The notes: generated by a model not told the origin, from the sequence alone. A stretch of DNA of 64,000 nt from Eledone cirrhosa (GCA_964016885.1 OZ024742.1:359910001-359974000); one strand, 5' to 3'; counted from the stretch's first letter, positions 15,376-29,892 are shown. Translations and numbers: made by a program.

Positions 15376-15583
15376 AACGGAGGAAATGTGGTAAGGAACC
15401 AGGTGGACCATAACGCACCAAAGTACTCAATAATTAGGGTAGTAGAGTGGGTAATAGGAACGAGTAGGACCCCGACGGTTGAGCTCAAGTCGTTTCGACG
15501 GCTAATTCTGGACTCGAATTAGCCGTCCAGAATTAGCTGTCGAAACGGCTTGAGCTCAGCCGTCGGGGTCCTACTCGTTCCTA
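15376..15583. mobile_element. Family X palindromic element in (TA)n
   Basis: Inverted arms around ~15515; carries GAA-ACGGCT(tgagctc)AGCCGT-C half-hammerhead. Confidence 0.85.
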
Positions 15584-15698
15584 TATATATATATATATAT
15601 ATATATGCAGAGGTTATATTTAATTTGTTGGGATTCAACAAGCCTAAAAATGTTTATAACTGATATAAAGCACTCAACCAAAAAGTGGAGTAAATATT

Positions 15699-16085
15699 CA
15701 ATATATTAATAAATGGAAACTATATTCATTTTATTATATATATTTCAAGGGCGACCCAGGTAAATTATGATGCGCTTTCATCAGATAAAATAGAGATTTG
15801 TTTTATAAATAAATATTGACATACCCGGAAAAAAAGACAACCTTAACGGTTGAAGCTTCCTGGAGAGTGGAGATAATATTTTAATATGTATCACCCTCAA
15901 TAAAATATTATCTCCACTCTCCAGGAAGCTTCAACCGTTAAGGTTGTCTTTTATTCTGGGTATGTCAATATTTATTTATAAAACAAATCTCTATTTTATC
16001 TGATGAAAGCGCACCATAATTTGCCTTGGTTGCCCTTGAAATATATATGGTTTTATAAATATAGTTTCCATTTATTAATATATTG
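15699..16085. repeat. ~390-bp palindrome with HHR in each arm
   Basis: Reverse-complement arms around a 17-nt spacer at ~15884-15900. Confidence 0.9.
15728..15791 (-). ncRNA. Type I hammerhead ribozyme motif
   Basis: ATTTTAT-CTGATGA-AAGcGC...GCcCTT-GAA-ATATATAT-A-ATAAAAT; plus-strand copy at ~15993-16055 is damaged at the cleavage site. Confidence 0.75.
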
Positions 16086-16099
16086 TATATATATATATA

Positions 16100-16435
16100 T
16101 AATATTATTCAAAATGTTAACAAATGAAAATATTCTCATAATCAAAATATATACTTTATTATATATATTTCGGAGGTACTGTGTTGTTTTTTCAGTACGT
16201 CCTCATCAGACCAAATATATGATTTGATATATGACATACCGCTACGGTCTTGATTGTTCAATTCCAGTATTGGTAATACTGGAATTGAACAATCAAGACC
16301 GTAGCGGTATGTCATATATCAAATCATATATTTGGTCTGATGAGGACGTACTGAAAAAACAACACAGTACCTCCGAAATATATAAATTTTGATTATGAGA
16401 ACATTTTTCATTTGTTAACATTTTGAATAATATTA
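16100..16435. repeat. ~335-bp palindrome with HHR-like motif in each arm
   Basis: Centre CCAGTATT-GGT-AATACTGG; CTGATGA-GGAcGTACTG...CAGTACcTCC-GAA-ATATATA at 16337-16384; stem I weak. Confidence 0.85.
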
Positions 16436-16525
16436 AAAACTCCCAGAAAACTTTAACTGTTGAGTGCTTCTAACCTATTGTAAAATTGTATTCGTTGAGT
16501 AATCAACGAAACATACTAATCTTTG

Positions 16526-16603
<78 letters not shown>

Positions 16604-16680
16604 TATATATATACACATATATATATATATACTGTAACACCTATATATATATATATATATTACGTACTATATATACTGTA

Positions 16681-16734
<54 letters not shown>

Positions 16735-16928
16735 CGTACTATATACATTGTAACACCTATATATACATATATATATATATAACCTACTATACACACTGTA
16801 ATATATATAACGTCTATAGGAGAGTGTGTGTGTCTGTGTTTGTGCGAATGTGTGTGTGCATATGATTATGTGTGTGATTGTGTGAGTGAGTGTGCGTGTG
16901 TGTGAGTGTGTGTATGATTGTGTGTGTC

Positions 16929-16964
<36 letters not shown>

Positions 16965-17073
16965 AACGTGTGTGTGTGTGTGTGTGTTGTCAGGATTTTT
17001 TCACTTGAAACGGAGTATTCGTTGACCTAAGGTCATGATGTTTTAATTGGCAAGACGACCTTCCCAAAATATA

Positions 17074-17142
<69 letters not shown>

Positions 17143-17175
17143 CATACATATGTATATATAGATATATATATATAG

Positions 17176-17251
<76 letters not shown>

Positions 17252-17520
17252 ATACACACTCATACACTCATACCCCTACCGTAGTTATATAACCACATAC
17301 AAACTTATAAATGCTGGCTCTTACTACAATTGTATATATGTCTTAAGTCCAGTGTCTTGGTAATTGGTACCACAATCTCTATATTCTGCAATAATTACAT
17401 TAATAGTCTATTTAATGTATGTTTACCATTTCTTTTATCAAGAGCTGGATTTGTCAACCATCTGAAGTCATACGAGCCATTGAGAAATGGAGCCACTTGT
17501 GAGATGGTTCTACCCCCAGG

Positions 17521-17943
17521 CCTTCCTCGGTATATTTGCTATGAGACTGGCTTACTTTGAAAGTCAGCCTTCCTCGGTATATTTGCTATGAGACTGGCTT
17601 ACTTTGAAAGTCAGCCTTCCTCGGTATATTTGCTATGAGACTGGCTTACTTTGAAAGTCAGCCTTCCTCGGTATATTTGCTATGAGACTGGCTTACTTTG
17701 AAAGTCAGCCTTCCCCGGTATATTTGCTATGAGACTGGCTTACTTTGAAAGTCAGCCTTCCCCGGTATATTTGCTATGAGACTGGCTTACTTTCAAAGTC
17801 AGCCTTCCTCGGTATATTTGCTATGAGACTGGCTTACTTTCAAAGTCAGCCTTCCCCGGTATATTTGCTATGAGACTGGCTTACTTTGAAAGTCAGCCTT
17901 CCTCGGTATATTTGCTATGAGACTGGCTTACTTTGAAAGTCAG
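17521..17943. repeat. Minisatellite, 9 x 47 bp
   Basis: Unit CCTTCCTCGGTATATTTGCTATGAGACTGGCTTACTTTGAAAGTCAG; only two variable positions. Confidence 0.95.
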
Positions 17944-18459
17944 CTGGTAGACTGACTGGACATGGAAGAATGTTGGCAATGTCAGGAGACAGACAGTTCA
18001 AGTGTCACATCCATGAACGTTCTTGCAAAACAAAAGCGTGTCTGAAAAGTCACTTACTTATACTTGATCGTGCAATACTGAGGGCGGGGGGACTCTTCTG
18101 ACAAGAAGTAGAACTCAACATGTATGGGCCCGTAACTTCTGGTAGAGCTGTAAAGATCCTGCAGTAATATACAGCTTTTCTTTGGTATTCTATTTAAACA
18201 AAGGCAAAGTTGACCTCGGTGGGATTTGAACTCAGAGCGCAGAGTACCGGGACGACCGCACAGCATTCAACGATCAAACGACTCTACCTGTTTGCCTTCT
18301 ATACCTATTCAATGCACATTAAAAACTCTAATTACAACAGTTGCGAGAAGAACGAGTTGGGAGAAAATGTTGTATTATTATATATGAGTACCAGTAATAC
18401 ACTGGAATAATTGCTGGCCTTGTGCCAAATGTAGAAACAATTATATATGGATATTTTAA

Positions 18460-18692
18460 GGGCGGTAGATTGACAGTAATCGGTAGAACGTTGGAGAACA
18501 TAGTTTGCTGCGTAAAGTTTCGTCCCATTACATCATGAATTCAAATCCTGCAGAGGTTAGCTTTACCTTTCACCCTTACAAGATCGATAAAATAAAGTAC
18601 CAGTAACTCACTGGGGTTGGATTTAATCGACTTTACCCCCCCCCCCCCCCAAAAAAAAAAAGGTGTTGGCTTTGTGCCTAAATTAGAAACTC
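18460..18692 (+). mobile_element. Diverged tRNA-derived SINE (further fragments 18200-18290 and 18387-18445)
   Basis: Homologous to 43878-44063 family. Confidence 0.65.
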
Positions 18693-18834
18693 GTATATAT
18701 GGATGTTTCAGTAGAGGGTAAGAAGACTATTTTGAATGTTTCCTGTTTCGTGGTCCAACCTTGACAGAAGTGGCCGAGCTGATAAGTTTAATAACTGACA
18801 GCTGTCACTACTTTATTCTCTATTTATAGATGTA

Positions 18835-18885
<51 letters not shown>

Positions 18886-18969
18886 GGAGGTGAGTAATAC
18901 TGGAGAACAATAAAACTATGCATATATCAGATAAGTAGCACTCGACAGTTGATAGAACTGGAGTATATA

Positions 18970-19265
18970 TATAAAGAAGAAATGAAAAGATGGTTAAAAA
19001 GTTCCATATATTTTATTATGCGCATTTCGAAAACAACATCATCCTGGGACAAAAATTGTGTTCTCATCAGATAAAATAAGGTAACATGATATGAGGCCTA
19101 AAAACACTTGTGTACAAGAAAGTGTCTAATGTTTTTAGGCCTCATATCATGTTACCTTATTTTATCTGATGAGAACACAATTTTTGTCCCAGGATGATGT
19201 TGTTTTCGAAATGCGCATAATAAAATATATGGAACTTTTTTAACCATCTTTTAATTTCTTCTTTA
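18970..19265. repeat. ~295-bp palindrome with HHR in each arm
   Basis: Arms reverse-complementary around a 23-nt spacer at ~19107-19129. Confidence 0.9.
19158..19227 (+). ncRNA. Type I hammerhead ribozyme motif
   Basis: TATTTTAT-CTGATGA-GAAcACAA...TTGTtTTC-GAA-ATGCGCAT-A-ATAAAATA. Confidence 0.85.
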
Positions 19266-19275
19266 TATATATATA

Positions 19276-19974
<699 letters not shown>

Positions 19975-20697
19975 TTGGTGACAGTTGCGGCTTGAAGAAG
20001 TTTGTCTCATCCGTATAAGGATGTCTGTGGTTATTTTACATTTAAAAAAATTTAAACTTTAGAGTAGTATGGCTGACTGGTTAAGAAGTTTGCTTTGCAA
20101 TAATTGGATTCCGGGTTCGCTCTGACTGCCTGGCGTATTAGGCAAATGCCGTTTATCATAGCCTAGGGTCGACCCATGTCTTGTGAGTAAAGTTGTTTAG
20201 TCTTGTCGAACTTCTGTCTCAATCCCGGGGTCTCATCAGGCTGATGCTTACCTCGGTTTCTGTGGCGTGAAACGACTGACATTACACGACTTCTCCCATC
20301 CTGGACAGGACACCAGACCTTCGCACGGTTAAACCCCCAGGTACTACTGGTACTCCTTTTCAGTTGACTATACTGGAGCAACGTGAAATGAAGTGTTTTG
20401 CTCACGAACTCAACACACAACCTTGCCTAGGAATCGAACCCATGATATTATGATCGTAAGTCCAACACCCTTACCACTAGGCCATGGCTTGATAGAAACT
20501 GTTTGAAAGCCCCCCAGATGGACTCTAGTTGTAATTCATAAGGTCAGCCTGTCATATTGAATCTCAATTATTTATGTTAAGGATACACGTGTCTATAGAA
20601 TGCTCAGCTCCATACAATTTAATTTGATGGACAGGCTGTTCCATTAACTGGAACACCCATCGTCGACACTGACGAGAATCCATTCCTGTAATACTTC

Positions 20698-21176
20698 TGT
20701 AGCGAAATATGTCCACCCCTTGAACTTTGGGTGACACAGAAAGGTCAAATTCCAGGTCACCTCCTTTTCGGCGTAAACAAGTTCATGTGTGAGCGATCTC
20801 TCGAGGCGGGAAACAGAAAACGACAGGTATAAATAGCCTGCACCAGACCAAGCAACAGGAGATCGGAACAGTAGACGAGAGAGTAGCTATGCAAGACACC
20901 TCTAGCTACATACTTCTACAATCATTTACTCTCTCTCTCTCTCCTGGTCTACGGACTCCTCACCTTCTCTGGCCACAGACTACACCAGCATCATGAAGCA
21001 ACGTCAAAAACATCTTCAACCGTTATAACTGTTATTAACCTATTCTTTGTTCATTTATGAAGTGAAGTGGAGTAAATTTTATATCAAAAGTAAACCAGCT
21101 ATTCGTGTTATTTCTTCTAATGATAACTACAAACCAGCTTCGCTTCCCTTCTAACGTAATAATTCTCAGCCTTACA
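20698..21176 (+). mobile_element. Possible solo LTR
   Basis: TGTAG...TTACA ends, TATAAATA at ~20828, AGTAAA signals; no TSD found. Confidence 0.35.
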
Positions 21177-21844
21177 GTGTGTGACAGGGCTGATCATTGA
21201 ATTACAAATACTTACCACTTGGTTGGCTTCTACACAGTTCGGACATATGTACTAGTAATTTAGATTTGGTCAAGTGTCGTTTACTATAGCTTCGGGTCAA
21301 GCCATGCCCTGTGAAAGTAGACAGAAACTGTTTGGAAGTCCGTCGGGTGGACTTTACTTGTAATTAAAAAATAAACAGCCTTGTTACACATTTTATCACT
21401 TTGAATCTCCCTGAGGATTACGTTATGGGTACAACGTGACTGTGGAATGCTCAGCCACTGTCAAGTCTCTGGTTCGATCACATTGTGTGACATCATGGAC
21501 ATTTACCATGGTTTCGTGTAGAGACATGTTTTGTGAGAGAATGGAAGGTTGCTGGGTGGATTATACCTTTGAAACAAAAGACCAGCCTGGTCATACTCTG
21601 TGTCATGTAGAATCTCCCTGAGAATTTCATTAAAGGTACATATGTCCTCGAAATGCTCCTGCACTTGTTAATTCCACGAGTAGACTATCCCATTGATTGA
21701 ACAAGTGGAACATTCGTCGTCGAAAGTGACGGAGATCCATTCCATTCATAATTCCCCAACGAAATCCAACACGTTTCTACAGTCACGTAATGACGTCTTA
21801 TGCAGAAATAAAACATTGAATTCCTCAGCAATTCCAACCAATGA

Positions 21845-22017
21845 AAACTGAGGGGCTGAAGTATACAACATCCCATTCTCTTGTTCACTATAATGGTTCC
21901 TTATTTTGGCACACGGCCAGCAATTGTGTAGGAGCGGGGGTATCGATTATATCAACCCCAGAGCATTACTGGTACTTTATTTTATGAACCTCGGAAGGAT
22001 GAAAGCCAAAGTTGACA
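21845..22017 (-). mobile_element. SINE 3' part; inverted homologue at 23180-23330
   Basis: Shared central domain and tail ..GGCCAGCAATTGTGTAGGAG..ATTACTGGTACTTTATTT. Confidence 0.7.
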
Positions 22018-22255
22018 ATAAGGGCCGACTAATCCAAGAGTCCCCATCAAATTACAAGCACAAGCTATGAAATGTTCCTTTGGGATCAATAATAAATTGC
22101 CCTTATGATCACTGATTTCTGAAAAAAATGATATCGATATCGATTTACAACAGAAACTTCTCGTACTAGAGGAAGGGAAGTCAACGTAACGGAATCATAT
22201 TTCATTAATTATGAAAATCTAATCAGCAACTTCTCAAATTTCTATAAGTCAACCT

Positions 22256-22583
22256 ATGCGAGGGATCGGCTGATTATGAAGGTATGATGCTAGGGCTGTG
22301 AAATCTTGCATGCATTAATTTCAACTCTTCTTATTAATAACTCCATTGTTTCTTTCCTGGGACTATGTTGAAAAATAAACCTCATTTGGTCATTCCATGA
22401 GAGTATCTTGGTCAATGGCTGACTAGAAAGGAGTAATGCTAGAGCTGTGAAATCTTGCATGCAATTATTTCAACTCTTCTTATTAATAACTACATTGTTT
22501 CTTTCCAGGGAAAAATAAACCTCATTTGGTCATTCCATGAGAGTATCTTGGTCAGACTATGAACTTTTCAGCCTACCCTCGTA
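22256..22583 (-). mobile_element. Mariner-derived non-autonomous element; homologue at 58429-58785 (plus)
   Basis: End reads TACGAGGGTAGGCTGAAAAGTTCATAG on minus (mariner-like TIR start); internal duplicated GCTGTGAAATCTTGCATGCA..TCAACTCTTCTTATTAATAAC block in both copies. Confidence 0.6.
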
Positions 22584-22873
22584 TTTTGTGACCCATGTCA
22601 GCCGGTTAACTCTTAACATTCTGTAATCATTTAGCAAAATAATCTAACAACCAGTTTGTTAATTCAAATGTTTATAGTATCTTTAATAGTGGACAATACG
22701 TTAGTAGAGCAAATGTTTAATGAGTTTAATGAGTTAGCAACAGTTTGTAGTATTATGTTACTTTAAGTTTCATATCATTAAAGAATGACTGGGTTAATCA
22801 GTTAAGATGACAGTAGTATCAGCACTAATGACATCTCCTAGTTGAACACAGTTCTTCAGTAAAGGTGTATTGT

Positions 22874-22906
<33 letters not shown>

Positions 22907-24025
22907 TTGCCTTCTGAGACATGTAAACCCGCATTCTCATCTGATTGTATTAGGGATTCTGTAAGTACACCCTACACACACACATACATTCATATACATA
23001 AACACACACATACATACATATACATATACATAAACACACACATACATATACATAAACGCACATTCACACATATAAAATTTAATAAGCGGTTGGTGGGAGA
23101 GGTGGAAAAATCTGAAAAATTAATAAGTGGCAGCGGTGGTGGTGGTGGTGTGGGGGGGGGGGGGGCGATTATTCGAGACCCTGGGTTGATAAAATAAAGT
23201 ACCAGTAATACTCTGGGGTTGATATAATCGATACCCTCTCCTACACAATTGCTGGCCCTGTGCCAAAATAAGGAACCATTATAGTGAACAAGAAAATGGA
23301 ATGTTGTATACTTCAGCCCCTCAGTCTTCACTTCTTAGAGAGGATCTGGTTGCGACAATTTCATATAAAATACATAAATTTGTTTAAACAAAGAATCTTT
23401 CTCAAACAACAGTTACTGCAGCAATACTAGAACTAATGGATTATTTATCTCCTTAACTACAAGAGCGGAATGTCAACAGCCTGTCTGAAGAAGGAGTCCC
23501 GCGAGGTGGTGTGGTTGTTGCACCGGGTCTCACTGGCCATTGTCCATTGTGAAGTTTTGTCCACGGGGCGCACACCCAACACTGCCGCGCCCTAGACCCA
23601 GAGCCCTCTCTCCTTCCCTGTCCTTTTTCTTCTGTGGCCCTACATTCCTTTCCTCTACTTCCCCATACAGTCAGATTTGCCCTTCTTTACCCCTTCCCCA
23701 TTGGTAATGTTTTTTTTTTTAATAGAATTGTAAATAAAGCTTATATACACTTTGAAACAAAAGAATAAGTTTCCAAATTTTCAACATTTAAAAAGACGAC
23801 CCTGTGTTAAAATATGTTCCATATTCCGTTATTAGTATTTGATATTAATTCCGGAACAATAAACTACTTAGATCTAATATTTCCAGGCCTATCAAATATT
23901 ACCTTCTGAAGGAGTGGTTAATTGTGGGGTTTTTATTGACGTATTTATATAGTGGACAGGAAATAGAAATCATTGGGATTATATTGTTGCTGACGATGTC
24001 GTCATCACCGGAGAAAAACACCACC

Positions 24026-24056
<31 letters not shown>

Positions 24057-24060
24057 TGTT

Positions 24061-24356
24061 TAGTTGATAACGTAACCATCTTATATAAAATTCCATCCAA
24101 AATAGAAATACAAACTTTATTAATAGCTAAACACAAACTAAAAATTAATACCGAGACACTGCATTCTAGTAACGAAGAAAAGAACAGTTAATGATTGTTA
24201 AAATATTCTAAGCTTCTTTCTGTAATCAGTTACTGTCCTTTGTTCATTACTAGTGTGCAGTATCTGTGCGTAAATTTGCGGTTTGTTTGGCTATTAATAA
24301 CACTTCCATTGCTAAATGTTTGTGGAATTTATATAAAATAGTTGCATTATCAACTA
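24061..24356. repeat. Old degenerate inverted repeat (~295 bp)
   Basis: TAGTTGATAA/TTATCAACTA ends; TTATTAATAGC/GCTATTAATAA and CTAGTAA/TTACTAG internal matches. Confidence 0.6.
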
Positions 24357-25104
24357 GTGTTAATTTGTTTTCTATTTAGTTTTGTTCCCTATAGGTCAAT
24401 GTATTCGAATAATCACTTGCTGTAAATGCATAGTAAACTAGTGAGCAAGTGTTGCACTCGTACGCCCATTATAAAATTTAGACTCATAAAGCTTTCAACT
24501 TTCATATTTACTTTGAAATTTATGTATCAATATTGATCACCAAAACTATGTTCGTTGTGTGTGGCTTGTATCATTGATGTGGAGGCGTTTAATTCTGAGG
24601 ATTGTGTAATATAAATCTTCCACTATATTTCTCATTCAATGTAATACATATTCTGTTTTATGAGTGTGTGGAATTTGGTACTTATGTGTGTGTGTATGGT
24701 TCGTTTATTGTGCGTGACTCCGTTTGAGTCTGTATGTGTGTGTGTACTCTCGTGTCTCGAATAAATGACCCCCACCCCTGCTTATTAAATGTTGCCAATC
24801 TATCTCCAGCGAAATTTTATTTTAAGTCGTAGCATTTCTGCGACAATTAATTTTCTTTATACATTAAAAGACATTATACATGACAAATAAAGAACATTAG
24901 TAGAAATCCCATATGTCATAAAATAAATAGAATTGGTTGGGGTATCAATATGTAAACTAAACGACTAATTCTGGTTTTTTTAAATATCAATGGAGACAAC
25001 AGATTCATTATTTCCTTTTCTATTTAAGCGTTAAACTAATAACATACATCGTAATCTGTTCTTCGTGGTTTTACTGTCCTCTCTGGTTTTGGTTACCTTG
25101 CCTT

Positions 25105-25415
25105 CGTGTCCGTGTATGTGTGTATGTGTATGTGTGTTTGTGTATGTGTGTTTGTGTCCGTGTATATGTATGTGTGTTGGTGTATGTGTCTTTGTGTTGG
25201 TGTATGTGTCTTTGTGTTGGTGCATGTGTTTTTGTGTTGGTGTATGTGTCTTTGTGTTGGTGCGTGTGTGTTTGTGTATGTGTGTTGGTGTATGTGTGTT
25301 TGTGTTGGTGTATGTGTCTTTGTGTTGGTGTATGTGTCTTTGTGTTGGTGCATGTGTGTTTGTGTTGGCGTATGTGTCTTTGTGTTGGTGTATGTGTGTT
25401 TGTGTTCGTACATGT
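25105..25415. repeat. ~20-bp TG-rich minisatellite (GTGTTGGTGTATGTGTCTTT)
   Basis: Directly visible. Confidence 0.85.
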
Positions 25416-25631
25416 GAGTAGTTATGTATGTATAAATTGAATTTATTAGTCACGTGTCTCCAATGTCACGTTAGTGCGATCTTCAGACGAGAGCTGATTT
25501 GCTTTATTATTTTACTTATTTAATATTCATTCGATAACTATCTGTTGTCCATTGTATGTTTGAATCCATTTGGCAGGAGGCCTAATATCCACGAAAAAGG
25601 CATGACAGGGAGATAACCGTAAATAAACGTG

Positions 25632-26131
25632 CAGTAGCGTGCAGAGGGGGGAGCCGACAGTGCATTGGCCCCGGGAATCCTGTGGATGGGGGCATCATTT
25701 GGGGGAAACGAACTTCATAAATTTGATTGATTTATATTAAAATCGAATAAAGCGTTTATTTCATGTTTTATCTGTGTTTATATATTGAAAATATTTTCCT
25801 TTCTCATAATATTTCTCAGTATATTAGGCCTTATACTTGAGTCTTTGGGGCATTAGGCCTTATACTTGAGTCTTTGGGGCATTAGGCCTTATACTTGAGT
25901 CTTTGGGGCATTAGGCCTTATACTTGAGTCTTTAGGACATTAGGCCTTATACTTGAGTCTTTGGGGCATTAGGCCTTATACTTGAGTCTTTGGGACATTA
26001 GGGATTATACTTGAGACTTTGGGGCATTAGGCCTTATACTTGAGTCTTTGGGGCATTAGGCCTTATACTTGAGTCTTTGGGGCATTACAATCAAGATTTT
26101 CCTCGGACATCACCAGAGCTCTGTAAACGTG
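25632..26131. mobile_element. hAT-like MITE remnant carrying a tandem array
   Basis: Left end CAGTAGCGTGCAGAGG...GGCCCCGGG..GGGGCATC; decayed right end CCTCGGACATCACCAGAGCTCTGTA. Confidence 0.4.
25823..26083. repeat. Minisatellite, 9 x 29 bp
   Basis: Unit ATTAGGCCTTATACTTGAGTCTTTGGGGC. Confidence 0.95.
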
Positions 26132-26221
26132 TAACAGTGTATTTGAGGGAAAATATTATTTACTGTACAGTAAAATATTTTTTTTCCTGTCACATTACCT
26201 CGTCAAAATTATGACTTTTTC

Positions 26222-27678
26222 TATCATATGTGTGTGTAGATATCATATGTGTGTGTAGATATCATATGTGTGTGTAGATATCATATGTGTGTATGGATAT
26301 CATATGTGTTTGTGTAGATATTATATGTGTTTGTGTGTAGATATCATGTGTTAGTGTGTAGATATCATATGTGTTTGTGTGTAGATATCATATGTGTTAG
26401 TGTGTAGATATCATATGTGTTTGTGTGTAGATATCATATGTGTTAGTGTGTAGATATTATATGTGTTTGTGAGTAGATATCATGTGTTAGTGTGTAGATA
26501 TCATATGTGTTAGTGTGTAGATATCATATGTATTTGTGTGTAGATATCATATGTGTTAGTGTGTAGATATTATATGTGTTAGTGTGTAAATATCATATGT
26601 GTTAGTGTGTAGATATTATATGTGTGTGTAGATATCATATGTGTTAGTGTGTAGATATCATATGTGGCTGTCTGTAGATATATGTGTGTGTAGATATCAT
26701 ATGTGTGTGTAGATATCATATGTGTTTGTGTAGATATTATATGTGTTTGTGTGTAGATATCATGTGTTAGTGTGTAGATATCATATGTGTTAGTGTGTAG
26801 ATATCATATGTGTTAGTGTGTAGATATCATATGTGTGTGTAGATATCATATGTGTTAGTGTGTAGATATCATATGTGTTAGTGTGTAGATATTATATGTG
26901 TGTGTAGATATCATATGTGTTAGTGTGTAGATATCATATGTGTGTGTAGATATCATATGTGTTAGTGTGTAGATATTATATGTGTTAATGTGTAGATATT
27001 ATATGTGTGTAGATATCATATGTGTTAGTGTGTAGATATTATATGTGTTAGTGTGTAGATATCATATGTGTTAGTGTGTAGATATTATGTGTGTGTGTAG
27101 ATATCATATGTGTTAGTGTGTAGATATCATATGTTTTAGTGTGTAGATATCATATGTTTTAGTGTGTAGATATTATATGTGTTAGTGTGTAGATATCATA
27201 TGTTTTAGTGTGTAGATATCATATGTGTTAGTGTGTAGATATTATATGTGTTAGTGTGTAGATATCATATGTTTTAGTGTGTAGATATCATATGTGTTAG
27301 TGTGTAGATATTATATGTGTTAGTGTGTAGATATCATATGTTTTAGTGTGTAGATATCATATGTGTTAGTGTGTAGATATTATATGTGTTAGTGTGTAGA
27401 TATCATATGTTTTAGTGTGTAGATATCATATGTTTTAGTGTGTAGATATCATATGTGTTAGTGTGTAGATATCATATGTTTTAGTGTGTAGATATCATAT
27501 GTGTTAGTGTGTAGATATCATATGTGTTAGTGTGTAGATATCATGTGTTAGTGTGTAGATATTATATGTTTTAGTGTGTAGATATCATATGTGTTAGTGT
27601 GTAGATATCATATGTGTTAGTGTGTAGATATCATATGTTTTAGTGTGTAGATATCATATGTGTTAGTGTGTAGATATT
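26222..27678. repeat. Minisatellite, ~23-bp unit (AGATATCATATGTGTTAGTGTGT), roughly 60 copies
   Basis: Directly visible; length variants 19-23 bp. Confidence 0.95.
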
Positions 27679-27788
27679 CAAAGTTCTTCTAAATATATCG
27701 AAAGGGAAGAATTTTCATCGCAAAATAATTAGTCTTGTTGCGATTATTAGTTTTTTTTTCTGAATTTACATTAAGCCATCGCATGCAA

Positions 27789-27853
<65 letters not shown>

Positions 27854-28029
27854 TACGTCAGCTGCAGCTTGATAACGTCTGTCTTCCCCATTGGATTGAT
27901 AATAAGGTCTGGTTGTGTAAGCCATGTCTAGAAGAATGGTTGATCCATGTACGACTTAGAGCGTGAGTACGGTTTGTTTGGACATGTTAGCGTTCAGTTT
28001 AGTGTATTTGCTGAAGATGTGTAGACTAG

Positions 28030-28765
28030 TTGGAGCACTGGAAAATGCTGAGAGTCTTTTGAAGTCATTAGAGCAAGCGTCCAACTGTGTTGGACTGTAC
28101 CTCAACGAATCCAAGACTGAGTATGTGAAAAGATGCGCAAACAGCCCAAACTACCCATCAGAACCCTTAATGGTACCACCCTTAAGCAGGTGGAAGATTA
28201 CAAGTATCTTGGCTCATATATCTCCTCCTCCAAAAAAGATTTTCTAACCAGGAAGGGTATGGCATGGTCAGCGTGCAATGACATGCACGCCATATGTACA
28301 TCTCAACTTACCAACAAGCTAAAACTGGAAATATTCCAAGCAACCATTAAGCCCATATTACTTTATGGATCCGAAACTTGGACATTAACATCACAACTTG
28401 AGAGGAGATTGGATGGCACATATACCCGCCTCTTAATGAGAGTGCAAAACCTATCCTGGAAACGACATCCCACCTTGTCTAAAATCTATGGCAAACTCCC
28501 TCGAGCCTCTGCCCTTCTAAAATCCCGGAGAGCTCAATTTGCTGGCCACTGTCACCGTGCCAGCAATGGAATCATATCCGCTCTCTTGCTCTGGAACCCT
28601 GACTCCAGCCTGACTAGGAGTAGGAGGCTGTCATTCCCTGACGTTATCTCTAGGGATACGGGAATCAGTAGACAGGACCTGGGGGCGGCGATGGGGGACA
28701 GGGAATTCTGGGGCATGAGAGTGAGATCCATCATCTCGACAGTAGTCGACGAATGATGATGATGA
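28030..28765 (+). pseudogene. 5'-truncated RTE-type LINE (RT C-terminal half) with (TGA)n tail
   Basis: GLYLNESKTEY; LKQVEDYKYLGS; PILLYGSETWTLT; FAGHCHR; one frameshift near 28135. Confidence 0.85.
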
Positions 28766-28809
28766 GTTGGAGCAAACACCTTAATATATATATATATATA
28801 TATATATAT

Positions 28810-28948
28810 AACAAAGGAAGTGTGGTAAAGAACCAGATGGACCATAACGCACCAGAGTACTCAATACTTACGGTAGTAGAGTGGGAAATAGGAAAAAGTA
28901 TGACCCCGACGGCAGAGCTCAAGCCGTTTCGACGGCAATTTCTGGACT
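28810..28948 (-). mobile_element. Family X single-arm copy between TA runs
   Basis: Ends at the same ...CTGGACT boundary as other copies. Confidence 0.85.
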
Positions 28949-28964
28949 ATATATATATATATAT

Positions 28965-29150
28965 CCCCCATTTAATGTCTTTACACCACTCCCCCTCACA
29001 CCCCCGGAACTTTTTATTTCCCACTTTTCTCCTGATGAATGGCTTATGCCCGAAACGTCGTCCCCCACCCCCCACTCTCAAGCGTGATCCTAATACCTAC
29101 ACTGTTTGTACTGCACTCTTCGTTATTGTTATGGGGCTTTTGTGGTTTAA

Positions 29151-29153
<3 letters not shown>
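28965..29153 (+). mobile_element. pLTR-like remnant with minimal HHR motif (decayed relative at 32465-32650)
   Basis: CTGATGA-atGGC(ttat)GCCc-GAA-ACGT-C at 29032-29059; stem I poorly paired. Confidence 0.5.
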
Positions 29154-29188
<35 letters not shown>

Positions 29189-29656
29189 GAGAAGAAAGAA
29201 GAATACGGCGTGGTTGCACATGGGTTACATATGATAAAAATAGTCCTTCGTCAGTGATTTTCCAATCATCATTGGTATTACATCGCATTAAAAATCAGAT
29301 ACCTCAGGTTGGTGCGAGCAATAACTAAAAAAAGTTATTGGGACCAGTAAATCGCGTAAAGCGAGGGGGACAAGTGAACAACATAGAAGGATAAAAGCAA
29401 ACCAAAGAAAGGAAAAAAAAGGAAAAAAACAAGCAACATGGTAGTCCTGGTCAGCATAAAGTGGGTGGATTTCATGAGCGAAAGGTACAGACGTCCGACG
29501 TGAGTGAGATGTAAGCAAGAAGAGACCCACTGTAAGCCAAATGGGAGGAAGAGAGAAGGGGAGAAACAGAGAGTGAGTGAGTGGAAGTGCGAGGAAGCGG
29601 TCAGTCGAGAGAAAGTGTAACTGACAGAGGGGGCAAAAGAAGGTGAGAGAAACAGA

Positions 29657-29698
<42 letters not shown>

Positions 29699-29699
<1 letters not shown>

Positions 29700-29892
29700 G
29701 TTTTAATATAGATGAGATTCTACAGGACTAGAACTGTTTCATTCTTTAGAAATCATCAGAGATTCCTGATGATTTCTAAAGAATGAAACAGTTCTAGTCC
29801 TGTAGAATCTCATCTATATTAAAACTTTTATACTCTGCTATGTATTGAGTACCTTACTTACTGTGGTTACCTCCGATTCAACCCGGAATAAC

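Noticed and set aside
17521-17943. 47-bp repeats with internal hairpin as CRISPR array or SECIS array
   Set aside because: Head-to-tail with no spacers and no cas genes; ATGA..AAA present but no matching GA quartet on the 3' side
23484-23510. Isolated CTGAAGA (also CTGACGA at ~29247-29253 minus)
   Set aside because: No correctly placed GAAA and stems
25823-26083. 29-bp repeat of CRISPR-like length
   Set aside because: No unique spacers; ordinary minisatellite in eukaryotic DNA
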